Source: Syncephalis fuscata S228
Taxonomy: Eukaryota; Fungi; Zoopagomycota
Assembly: GCA_025786725.1 (NCBI GenBank)
Contig: JAHLTZ010000005.1
Span: 62,001-126,000 of the forward strand
Reading direction: 5' to 3'
DNA: 64,000 nucleotides
Part shown: positions 12,885 to 24,666 of the stretch, in pieces
How positions within the stretch are numbered: position 1 is the stretch's first letter
How the letters are laid out: the number at the start of each line of letters is the position of its first letter
Position numbers and translations under genes: made by a program
Notes under the pieces: model-generated
Database searches by the model: none
What the model saw: the letters and a program-made list of their open reading frames with translations, nothing else
Told to the model about the DNA's origin: nothing

Positions 12885-13780
12885 CGATAGATAAGCGACA
12901 AGATATAAGATATAAGATAACAAGTATGATTATCAATCACCAGATGTCATTCATTCATTATTAGGCATCATACAGGAAACATTGTATTTATAATATAGAA
13001 TAATATCTATTCATATTCAATAAACAGGGGTTGGCTGTTTTAGTAATAGCTATTGTATTAAACAATAGCATGTAGGCATGTGTCTAGTTCAGTAACCGTA
13101 TCAATGGATCGAGTGCTTACCAGTATTGCCGATGGATATCAAAAAGATATCTGATAAGAGCAATTAGCGTTTAATATTTGAGAATGACCATGAAAACAAA
13201 AGAATAGCAAATAACAAGCGTGATCGTAGTGTTGCTTTCTTTAGACAAAAGTAGAAAGGTAAATGAGCAAAGAAAACAGTGTAGGTGTGCGCGAATATGC
13301 AGACCAGTTTGTGTGTAAGTGAAGAAAAACTACGAAACGAGAAGAGATAGAAAGAAGATCAGAGAGTGAAAGATGATGATGAGGGTGGGAAACGATAACT
13401 GTGTTATCATGATCATTTCTGTGCGTATATGTGTGTGTGTGTGTGTGTATCTCTATACTCCGCACAACTTCTCTTTCTTCTCGGGGATAGATGGTAATAC
13501 CAATGATGCGGATCAGTCATTGTGTTCTAATGATTGGCCGATAGAGGGGATAAAAATAACATTAGCCAATTAAAAGGCGTTGTAACCTTTATTCTTGACG
13601 AAACAGAGAGGGGACAGTTACTGGATAAACAGAGGCCTAAAAAGGAAAATCAATTCATGCACGAAAGAAAAGATGAAAAATTATTCTAGAAGATTTTAAT
13701 TACAGTAGAGGCTGAAATCCGATAAGATGATATTATGACGGTACTGGCCATGATATCAAGATGCGATAAAGGATAAATAA
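12885..13780 (-). promoter_or_regulatory. sreA upstream region with clustered GATA sites and three CCAAT boxes
   Basis: ATCTGATAA 13149-13157, ATCCGATAA 13717-13725, GATA cluster 12885-12920; CCAAT at 13500, 13533-13537 (reverse) and 13566. Confidence 0.5.
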
Positions 13781-14049
13781 ATATCCGCTGAGCTTTAGCC
13801 TATATTAATTACTAATAGATTAACAGTCCGACAATACTGATTAAAAAAGTGGCATCGATTAATATCAATGCTAAACTATCGTCATTATAACTATTATAAC
13901 CACGTAGGTGGTCGTGGCTAATCGTGCTTAAACCAGTTAGCTGAAGCGGGTTGTTCTATTATTAATCAGGATGATAATGACGCAATGAGCCTTAGTAAAA
14001 GACTAATAAAAACACGTAATTTAAATGATAATATAAAGATATTTAATGC

Positions 14050-14748
14050 TTAAATGTTAAACATGAGTGCATCCACTGCTAAGACAGTGGCAGAACTAAC
14101 AAAGCCCATACTTAATGTGTAAGCATTAGGCGCGGAGAAATGGGATTTGGTAAGCTTGCATGCTTTGGCTGCCTCTTGAAGCAATTTGTTTTCCTCAAAA
14201 ATAAAGTGCTTTTGCAGTGTCTAAAAACTTTTTTGTATCCAGTTTAAGTTGTACCTTGAGCATCACAAGATAGCAACCACGCAGGTCTTCTTTGCTTCCC
14301 GACGGCTGCAGCATTGGATAGACTAGTAATACAAAAGTTGTCAACCTTATCTTTAGTGTATAGTACTTTCTGATCGTGTACTTGAGTTAGCTAGAAAAAA
14401 TAGACGGATGCGATGGTCGATTGGTTAGTCGTCAGCTCGGTTCTGCAGTCAGCGTCAAGCCTTATCAACGTAGCATTAACTTGCTTTTTGGAACAGGATT
14501 GGCGTCTTTGGCGGTCTTGCAAGCACTTTCGATGCTGGCTCCGTTTTCATTATACACTGTTAAAGCCGTGTAGTTTATCTTAACTTTCGGATGAGTAAAC
14601 ATTTCCTGATAGTTTTTAAAAATACCGCTTGTCGTTGAGTTTGCTTGAGTATTAGACGCAGCATTTGTTGCCGGTCTGTTTAAGCTATAGCCACGCCGGC
14701 GATAGCAAGTAAGATCATGCAATAGAGCGAAATAAATTGTCGATACAT
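14050..14748 (-). CDS. Secreted, probably GPI-anchored Cys-containing protein (~230 aa) broken by several frameshifts; pseudogene or sequencing errors
   Basis: Signal peptide MYRQFISLYCMILLAIAGVAIA; frame-joined body ...SACKTAKDAxSCSKKQVNATLIRLDADCRTELTTNQSTIASVYFFLAN...DQKVLYTKDKVDNFCITSL...; hydrophobic tail APNAYTLSMGFVSSATVLAVDALMFNI*. Confidence 0.6.
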
Positions 14749-15143
14749 CCAATTTAAAGCCCTATAGTTTCTTAAATTTAGACCATATGCAATTAAATGG
14801 AGAAAACGGCTGGTTTTTGTTTTATAGGTTGGTGTGTACCATTCACTATAATTAAAGAGATTGAATTAATAAATACAGCATTAATATTGCTGTTTTAATC
14901 ATTTATACCATATATAGTCATTTAACTGGAAAACTATATTTTAATTGTTAAACGGTTTAATTTTACAATTGCTAAACTACAGAAGGCACATTGTCAACAG
15001 TTTTGGTGAACACAGGCCTATTTGAACATTAAGTATCATATACATGTACCCAGTAATATTATTACTAATAATATTGCATGGCGGTCTGATTAAAAAAGTA
15101 TAATGCCAGTATCATTAGTAAACTAAAAAATAAAACGGAAGAC

Positions 15144-15539
15144 GACTTAAAGTAGATCGCGTATTCTACCTAATAATATGTCGATCTGCTTTTCTGTTGA
15201 TACAAAATGCAATAATAAATTATAATTTTCTACTCATGATCCATTTCAATAGTTGCTATAAAATACCACTAGCAATTATACTGATGCTGGATATTTGGTG
15301 GTAACTATGGTTTTAGATTTTTATATCGTGCTATTGCCATATTGGGTAATTACTAACGATTAATTATTTCCCACACTAAGAATTTAACTTTGCACATTCT
15401 TTTACCATATTAATGCTATATTTTACTTGCTCAAAAACAGCTATATAGCTGATTAGTTTACTATCAACAAAAAATATCTGTGATCTTGTAACTCATGTCT
15501 TTGTGCATGTATATATGTTTATAATAACTGCTGTATTTT
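15144..15539 (+). repeat. Left copy of ~400-bp direct repeat (partner 19484-19881)
   Basis: Near-identical from gactt[a/g]aagtagatcgcgtattc to ataactgctgtatttt. Confidence 0.95.
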
Positions 15540-15606
15540 CATAATATTATAATTTATTATAATTTTTTTAAAAATTCCCTTTTATTTAACATATTAAATA
15601 AATATT

Positions 15607-18137
15607 AAAAATCACATTCTTTTAGTTTTAAAAGTAAAAATGAAATAAAAACTAACAAACATATCAGTGCAATAACAGCAGCAGGAATCAATAAAATAAT
15701 TGATTAAATAAACCACTAATCTTACTGTTAAAGTAGATGGCGTGAATGTAGTTGTATTAAATATACTCAATTGTAGTTTATTAATATTTGCAAGAAAAGT
15801 TTTATTTCTGACTAACTACCAAAAAAGTACATTACATCTAATAGTATGGCACAAACTAAATAATGTATGTAGCAGAAAATCAGTGGCATGTGTTACAGTT
15901 AACAAATAAATTAGATGGACAGTCGGCCATCATGTCTATTTGCTGTTATAAAGCATCCTGAAACGATAATTGAGCAATCTTTAATGATCATCAGTAAAGA
16001 TTGACACGATATTTACAAAGTGGTTACTGATACGCTAAATTTAAAATACTCAAATACAGCATTTGCAACTAATTAGCTTGGATTTTGTTTAATAATATAA
16101 GATAAGACTTTAGCAATGTTAAATATTAATTTATTTTAGTTCAACACTCTATTTGTGTATTACTACGCGATTGTATGTCTACGGCTTACAAGTGGGTGGT
16201 AAGCTGGTGTTGCTACGCTCAAAGGACCTCTACTAACAGCACCATAGCCAAGACCTCGTTTGGCAAATCCGCGCCAGATTTCACAGGCATGTTTACCACC
16301 GGTCAATTGCTTTTCGGCTTGAATGATGGCATCTCGAGCTTGAACAAAAGTTGGATCACATGGTTGTAATTTCATACCATCAATCACAACTTGAAGTAAA
16401 AGAGTGTTGCCTTTGGTAAGATCGGGAGTGTATATGTTTGTCTGGAATCCTAGCTTGTTAACAAGATTCCAGTAGACTTCATATAGCATTACGGCCCAGT
16501 TCTCACCAATATCGTGTGGTTCAAACTTTTGTCCGGGTTTGTTGAAATCATTAAATGATTTTGGATTTGTAGTCAGGCTAGTTGAGTATGGATAATGACG
16601 GAATTTCTACCAGCAACGTGTCTACCCATTTCAACATTTTTGGTGGACTTATCAGATGCTTTCATCTCAAGCCAGTAGGCAAAGAAGTCACTCCAACCTT
16701 CGCCCATGCCTCTAGCTTCGGGATTCGCTAAGCAGCCGCGTTTTCCACTACCACCGGTTAGTCGGCCAGATATACCATGGCCATATTCGTGTGAAATAAT
16801 TTCGTTGCTAAAATCTCCGTCGCGACCTGGTCTTATCGCGTCGAAGGCAAACATTGCTATCGTTGGTCGTTCACCATCAACTGTTTCTGTAAAAAATGCA
16901 TTGCCACGCAAGCTGGAGAATCATAACCTTGCAATGCTTGAGCAGCTACAGCGTCGCCACCCCTACCACCTTTGTTGCCATTGTCTTCTTGGAAGTTGCC
17001 AGCAGCTTCATTGAACCATATTTATAAAAATGTCGTGCATACTGTTAGTAACGTAGAACAGATTGGTAACAGCTGCGTTGGCATTGTCCTTTGGTGCTTT
17101 TCTAGGGTCGTATGGGAAGTTAAAATTTAGACTACTTCCACCATCTGGACGGGGATTGTTTTTCCAATTAGCTTCACTATCATCAACCACATCTTTATTC
17201 TGCTTCTGACATTGTAGTTGGCCTGAGCAAATACATTGTTACCAACTGTGGTAGTGAATTTTTTGCTTCCCTGTGTGTGCCAGCCATTTGGTGATGCAAT
17301 CTTGTCGGCTGGGTCTGTGACAACCTGGCGTGGTGTATCAATAGGATTATTGTTGCCAATTTTAACAACATTGTAACTGGCAAAAGACATCAAATCCTTC
17401 AATGCAAGTATTTTGGTGCCATCAGCCGATACATGGGCTAAGAAATGGTTAAGCGGCATTTTGACTGTAAATTCCCAAGCGGGCTCCACTTCACTGGCAC
17501 TTGTTTGGATGTATGATTGTGACACTTGTACTGCAGATGTGGCAAAGTCAACATTCTTAAGCAGATATGACTGGCCATTGCCTGCAGATTTGGCCTGTGG
17601 TACAGTTTGGACCTTGTTGGCATCGAATTGCTGTTTGATGTGCGCGGCAAGTTTACCCAATGCATCGGCAGGAGAAACAAATCCGGTAGTCTGGCTATCC
17701 CATGTTTTGAGTGGTTTAGCTACAAACTGGTTAGCTTTGTTGGTCTTGAAGAAGCTGTCGTCATAAGCAATGATCTTGTTTGCTTTGTCGACGTGAATAC
17801 CCACAACACCATTCGAAACGTTAATGTCTTTGATGGTTTGCTGAAGATAGACATGAGTGGTACCGCTGGGCTCGGACTTGTGTGAGGTGGTCATAATAAA
17901 GTCGCCATTCTTGATATGGAGCTGGGAACGAACGAATTCAAGTGCAGCTTCTTGTGCACTTTGAGGTGCGAATGACGCCGGTGGCTTGTAGGTGCTTAGA
18001 TCGGGCGACAGATCGCGGACTGCAGAAGCGACGTTAATCTTAGGGATGATAGAGTCAACCTCAACTCGTTGGTTGTCACATGAAACGACACTGACAGATG
18101 CCAGGATCAACGAGGCAATAAGTAGGTCGATATGCAT
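15607..18137. repeat. Inverted duplication partner of 1553-4095
   Basis: Reverse complement of the fungalysin-1 gene and its 3' flank. Confidence 0.9.
16179..18137 (-). CDS. Fungalysin (M36) metallopeptidase, copy 2; several apparent 1-nt frameshifts (~17195, ~17020, ~16930, ~16600, ~16210)
   Basis: Signal peptide MHIDLLIASLILASVSVVSC; HEYGH and GMGEGWSD; ORF pieces 17127-18137, 17008-17190, 16573-16911 and 16163-16489 are collinear with copy 1 and end SLPPTCKP*. Confidence 0.88.
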
Positions 18138-18707
18138 GTTGGTGATAGAAAACGAAGAGTTGTGATACGCAAATTGATCAGATAAAAAAGACTGCTTAAA
18201 ACCAGTGATTTCAAAGACAGCGTAATCGTAAGTTGGGTTGTCGCAAGTGGATCACGTAATTGTTAAAATGCTGAACGTAAAATTGATGGTGTATAGTTAT
18301 AATGTTTTACAAAAATACTGCAACAAGCACGGCTTTTATAATGAGCGCCGTATCTGTGCGATGAAATTTGAGCTTGTAAAACAGTAGAACATAGTCACAT
18401 ACTACCGATGGGTTGACACTGGATATCCAGTATAACCAATTGTTGGCTTGTAACAAGTACCCCTATACTATACACAATTTACTAGTGTTAGCTAGTTCAT
18501 ATCCCAGAATATGTGTATTAAATTAATAAGGCCTCGAATTAGACGGTTTTACAGTAAGTGCTTTATACGGACACAGTAGAATATTTGATATTTTCTATTC
18601 TTTGTTTAATATATGACATATAAATGAGCAAATAAAAATAGAAATTTAGTTATAAATACCATGGTATTTAATTTTATAAAAACCTGGGGCCCCATCAAAT
18701 GTTTCAG

Positions 18708-18828
18708 CATCTTGAGGTTTTTGTTGCGAGTACTTTGAAATTTTTTTACCACAAGCACTTTAAGGTTCCTTATCGCAAGCACTTTGAGGTTCTTTATCGC
18801 AGGCACCTTAAAGTTTCTTTATCGCAAT
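18708..18828. repeat. Five degenerate ~24-bp tandem repeats (consensus CACTTTGAGGTTCTTTATCGCAAG)
   Basis: Units start at ~18708, 18731, 18756, 18780 and 18804. Confidence 0.85.
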
Positions 18829-19483
18829 TGCTATCAGTAAATATTCAAGTGTACTAGTAATATAGATTTGAAATAAAACTTGACGTAGAAAACTGTAGCA
18901 AATTCAATGATGGATTGCTTGAAATTTTAAAGCACTCTTTAGCGAATGGTTGTCTTTAACAATCAGCTACTCCGTATTTGAATAAACGACAAGCTACAAG
19001 ACAGTTTTGAATTCAAATCTGTTGTATTTGTACCAAGTTTTATGTAGCTAAATCATTAGCTTAATAATTTAAGTTGTGGATACAATGATATTAATTTACG
19101 GTTGCATACTGCGTAATTTAAATACGTATTAAATTGATATTTTATGTGCACTAGAAGCACAAATAGCACTTTTTAAAATTGATACATGTATTTTAGCTAA
19201 GACAATTTTGACAATTAAGCTAGCAAATTAGAATAAGAATCAAATGATAGTCTACATTACTATTCAGTGTACTGGGGTGTTTAGAAGTATATGGTATAAT
19301 GAATCCACAGATGAGTGTCGATCGGTGTATATGTACATAAACTGGTCGATCACTCAAGTGTTTGCTAAAGCAGTTAAGTTTGTTGAGTTGTAACACGAAA
19401 AGTGTAAAACTACAAAGAATGTCTACAATCTTACTAGTTGACTAATCTAATGGTTGTAGCACTGTGATCATCACTATGGTCTT

Positions 19484-19881
19484 GACTTGAAGTAGATCGC
19501 GTATTCTACCTAATAATATGTCGATCTGCTTTTCTGTTGATACAAACAATGCAATAATAAATTATAATTTTCTACTCATGATCCATTTCAATAGTTGCTA
19601 TAAAATACCACTAGCAATTATACTGATGCTGGATATTTGGTGGTAACTATGGTTTTAGATTTTTATATCGTGCTATTGCCATATTGGGTAATTACTAACG
19701 ATTAATTATTTCCCACACTAAGAATTTAACTTTGCACATTCTTTTACCATATTAATGCTATATTTTACTTGCTCAAAAACAGCTATATAGCTGATTAGTT
19801 TACTATCAACAAAAAATATCTGTGATCTTGTAACTCATGTCTTTGTGCATGTATATATGTTTATAATAACTGCTGTATTTT
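19484..19881 (+). repeat. Right copy of ~400-bp direct repeat (partner 15144-15539)
   Basis: Near-identical to 15144-15539, with a 2-nt indel at tacaaa[ca]atgc. Confidence 0.95.
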
Positions 19882-20187
19882 ATAGTATTTTTATAATTTG
19901 TTTAGCATCGTTTCGTATCTTTAGTAATATAAAATAAATACTTCAGCTATATAGTTGAATGGCGTGACAGTGTGATAAAAATCGTAATATCGATCAGTAT
20001 ACCGATGTAGTTATTATGACGTTTGAGTGGGAAAGTCAAAAAGAGATACACGCATTTGTGTAACCGATATGGCGTAAATAGAATACAGCAGCGCAAAATC
20101 GCGCACGTCCTTTCTTTTGATTTTCACTAACTATTGTCCGCCCTGTCTATTGAATGGTAATCTTAGCGCTACTGTTTCTAGTCAACC

Positions 20188-22254
20188 ATGTCCTTAGGTA
20201 CTCCTAGTGGAATTTTATGGCAGAACCATGATGTCTTACTGTGTCTATGTTGCTTTATGGAGGACAAAGAGCTGATGGCTTTTGCCAACAGCTGTCGATT
20301 TATTCACCAAGCGATAGTTGATCGACCTAACTATTGGGAACGACAATATAAGCAAGAGTTTCCACTAGGTGATCAGCGCGAACAAAAATGGCTTACATGG
20401 TATAATTGGTATATCACTATGACAACAAAATCAAAAAACTCTACATCCAATACAAACCAGACAAAACAAGGACATTTATTGCCATCTACTATTACAGCAT
20501 ATGGCAATAGCAATGATGAATATAGACTACCTGTTAACGATTTGCTGTCTGCTTCGAATTTCAGTACCACTCGATGGTTTTACACTTATTATCGACGTCG
20601 GCAAACGAATCACAACTTTATGGCAGGCAGATTCAAAGAGCAAATATGCCATTTACCAGTTAATAAAAGCGCACCACTGGAACTGACTGCCATAAACCCG
20701 TGGAACGCATTGATATTAGACAAACAAGAATCAGAAATCTGGTCAATTCAACATGATGATTTTAACAAGAAAAGTGAACAAAATAGCAAGGAGTTAGCTT
20801 GGAAAAAACTGACAATTCCTTTACGGGCACGTCCATTTAATAGTGGTGTTCGAATTAATTCGGTATATGGCGCAAACAGATTCGTTGTGGCCTATGTTGA
20901 TATAATAACATATGATACGGAACTCCGTGTGACCGCTGGCAGTCCAATAGGTAGCTAACAATTACTAACAATAATAACTGCACAGGTATTTACTAATGTC
21001 ATTGAAATAATATATTTAGCTGAAATGAAAGCATTGCACATTGGCGAAAATGAATCTAAAAATCCTACTGCTTTAGATGGCCACTCCAACATTTTAAGGT
21101 CTAATGGGTCTACCAAGAAACGAATAGCTCAAGTGCAAGAAGCCATTGTAGCGTGGTCTAATACTGACGACTCAGTCTCTGATATTATTTATCTTGAAGA
21201 TCAAAATGATGACGAGCAAGAATCATGTATAGATAGATTTTTTGATATTTATAATGATTGGGTACTCTTACGTACCACTTATGAAAACCATCCATATCGT
21301 GCATTTGATTTATTTGATTTAGAAGGCAGCAAGTGGATAAAAGGTCCAAAAATGCAGATGCCTGGTTCTGATGCCTGCATCCAGTTTGCATCTCACAATC
21401 AATGCCAATTGCTAACGTGGTCGATAATGCCTAGCCCAATGGAAGATGGAAACACACCTACGACTGAAGCTGTTCAAACCTTGCATGCCACTGGCAGGGA
21501 CAACGAATCATTAAATCTCCAATGGGAGGCATTTGATTTTCAAAAAGATCAACATCGGTGTGAAAAGATTTTATCGGGTCAGGTCAGCATTCCGTATTGC
21601 CCGAACGCCGTCATTAGAGCCGATATGTATACAGAGAAGATGTGTCTAATTACTGTATGGAACGAAAAAAAGAAATTTACACGCAATGATAAAACATTTG
21701 GCTGTTTATTATCTTTGTTTGCATTAGGAAAGTCTGCACCAAATGACTCTGCACAGTCTTTGTTTGATGCTAGAGATTATGGCCCATTGCTGCCAATCGA
21801 TAGCTCTGACCAAGGGCGCATATTGTGGAGCCGGCCTATACTTAGCAGAGGTATTACAAATCTATACAGCGAAAAGCTGATTACCGTCCAGAACTATAGG
21901 TCAGTCGATGTATTGGATGCTCGCAATGGAAATCTGCTGCGTTCAATCACTTGTCCATACTATGTGGTGTTTAATCCCTTTCTTGGATCTTTCTGTGCGA
22001 TGCTTGGTGGTGAATCTGGAGAAAGCTGGCTTGTTGATGCGCACACCGGACGTATTTACAGCTTGATGAGTCATCTTATCCACAGAAAAACTGAAGATGG
22101 AAAAGAAGACAAACCTTTAGACCTCAGCGAAATAACACTTTCAGAGCCAAGTAGACAAAAGACGAGGATACCATTTGCGTGTCGTTTATCAAATGTTGCC
22201 ATTGGTTGGATTGACAAACAGGGTGGCAGCTTATATGAATCGTATATGTTTTAA
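20188..22254 (+). CDS. F-box-like protein, lineage-specific family (665 aa); exons 20188-20950, 21020-22254
   Basis: N-terminal F-box-like LWQNHDVLLCLCCFMEDKELMAFANSCRFIHQAIVDRPNYWERQYKQEFP; RRRQTNHNFMAGRF linker typical of F-box/propeller proteins; beta-rich C-terminus; 69-nt GT-AG intron joins the ORFs in frame. Confidence 0.75.
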
Positions 22255-23235
22255 ATAAAAAGTATTAGTTAAAAACATTTAATACATACTATTAAATACT
22301 ATGTATTTAAACATCTTGGTCAAATATTTGTCATTTTAAACTGTGCATAATTGCCAATATTGTGCATTTAAGCATTTTCAGATAGTAATTAGATAATATT
22401 AATACTGCTAAGATGTTATATGTTTAGTATCAAAGTTTGATTTAATATGAATTGAATGCCTGATTCTATGTTGTTTTGGCTGTATCTTCCATGTATACCA
22501 GATAAGTAATCGTAAATTAAAACTATAAAGTACTCTCTTTTACACTGTTATTCATTGGTTAGCAATATAAAATAAATTACTTTATGATACGATTTTTATT
22601 ATGCTATTATGCATTTCAGTCATGAACTATCGTACTGCTGCAGCTGTTGTGACATTATATATGCAAGGATAGTCTATGATTATTCGAATCACCACAATAT
22701 ACAGCAGCAACCATTACAGGCATTCTTTATTTACATATGCGTACATTATACCCGATAACCAAGTAGCTGAATGCCACACACACAAATGATTTATTTTGCT
22801 GAATTTACTTGTAATAGTACAAGCTTGTATTTTAGTATCAATTTTGTTATAATACATTACCGTTAGATATTAAATGGTAAGTGCAGCCATATCTAATACA
22901 TTCAGTTTATTTAATGCATCACACCAATCAGAACATCATTGCAATGCAATAATATTGAAGCTATACTATGTCTAGTTATATTATGTATGCTATGTGTTTT
23001 CATATGAATACTACGCATGTAACTATGAAAATATGTATTATAAATTTATTATTATGTTCATAAATTTATAGCAATTATGCTATATTTCTTACAACTCGGA
23101 CGAATGCAATTGACATTGTTTTGCATAGTTACTGTGATGAAAGTTAGACAGTTTATTACTATTGCCTTTTGAAATTGGCAGATTGTGTGCGCGTAGATAT
23201 ACTAAGAATTGCTATGTTTGCACCAGACTGACTAT

Positions 23236-23732
23236 TTCTGAATAAAAATGTGTTAGCCATACCATGCCTTAAAGCGTTTTCCTAATACTTACAATTGTCG
23301 CATTCTTTGTGACCATTGTCTCTGTTGAGTCGGCAAGAACCATTCCTGCATTGATCGGAGCTATAGCATCTTTCGCCTCTGCCAAGATCGTATCTATCCT
23401 CTTTGTTGTTGTTGCTGTTATTGTTACATTCTCTGTCCATGTCCCTTTTGCTGCTGAAGCGATTGAAATCATCGCATACCTTTTCCATATGTCGGCTTCT
23501 CGAACGACTGTTTCCCCTGCATTGTCTTTCCAAACTGTACCAGCCACCGTTATTTTCCACAGTGCGGCATTCATCGGACATATCTATTATAAAACAGACG
23601 CTAGGTTAAGTCCTGAACAATAATGCTATTATTATAAACCATCTTACTGTTATTTTTTGCCTCTGCTACCGAATATACACTTGCGAGGGCACCGATAACG
23701 ATGGTGGCAACGAATAGGTTGTTGAAATGCAT
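23236..23732 (-). CDS. Small secreted cysteine-rich protein (~125 aa, 8 Cys); exons 23732-23648, 23583-23293, 23237-23236 (stop codon split T|AA)
   Basis: Signal peptide MHFNNLFVATIVIGALASVYSVAEA; intron 1 GTAAGA...ATAG; intron 2 GTAAGT...GCTAAC...TTTTATTCAG; C-terminal GERCYSSDQCRNGSC...KEC. Confidence 0.75.
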
Positions 23733-24666
23733 TTTGTTGTTGCTGGTATTATAGCTTGAAAATAGTGAGTGCCGGCCCAAATATTATTGTATTGCTGATT
23801 AAGGAGCTACTGGAGTAAAGATTAAAATTCAAATGGTAGATAGATGTGCTGCTGACGATGCCTGTGATGTTGAATGTCGAGTAAAAATATGCAAACTATT
23901 GTGCTGTTTAAATAGCAACGATTTGGCGTTTTCAGTCTGTTAGCTTTGCCGATTTGTTGCAAAAAACAGCAATCAATTACAAGAATAGCATAGTTACAGG
24001 TATTTGCTGTGCCATTTCAAGCTTTGCATATTCTACTAGTACTGTATAACTTGTTTAGTTTAAAACAAGTAACCGAACTGTAGTGAATTATGTTACAAGC
24101 TTCAAAAAAGCTGGGGTATTTGGTATTGCTAGTTTATCATTGGTTAATTATGAAACTGGATTGCAATTATACTACAAACAACCGGTTTGAACCAGTATGA
24201 TTGCTAATTGTGTCGCAGTATTTTATAATTATTATCAAAAGCTATATTTAGAATTTCTAGAAGCTTTTATTGCGAATTCAGTACTCTAAGCCACCTATGT
24301 AATTCAATGAACAGATTTCGAGACAGTACTCATCCGTCTTAGTACGAAATAGCAGCTACATAATTTGTGAATCAAATGATAGCAAAAAACGAATAAACGA
24401 ATGGTTAGTATTGACGTTAGTTACATATACTTATATTGCCAATAAATGACCATTTCTATCAAGTCTAAATCAAAATAGTGATGCAAATAAGATACTTGAT
24501 ATTTTGCAGTAGTGTGGATCAATTCAACGGCTAGTTGGCAAGAGTCGTTATATTAAATAATTATTATTATTAAAAGCAACACTGACCAAAAATACAGTAT
24601 ATATTAGTATTGCAGGCGTTATTTATTGTTTATTGTAAAATGGCTATAAAGTGCTCATATAGCCAC

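Noticed and set aside
18708-18828. CRISPR-like array
   Set aside because: Head-to-tail degenerate units without unique spacers, no cas genes, eukaryotic context
15144-19881. Autonomous LTR retrotransposon
   Set aside because: No gag/RT/integrase, no clear PBS or PPT, TG...CA termini not present in both copies, no target-site duplication recognised
23263-23285. ATGCCTTAAA resembling the 5' end of U12 snRNA
   Set aside because: Only 10 nt match, not followed by the branch-pairing GAGTAAGGA motif, and it lies antisense within an intron
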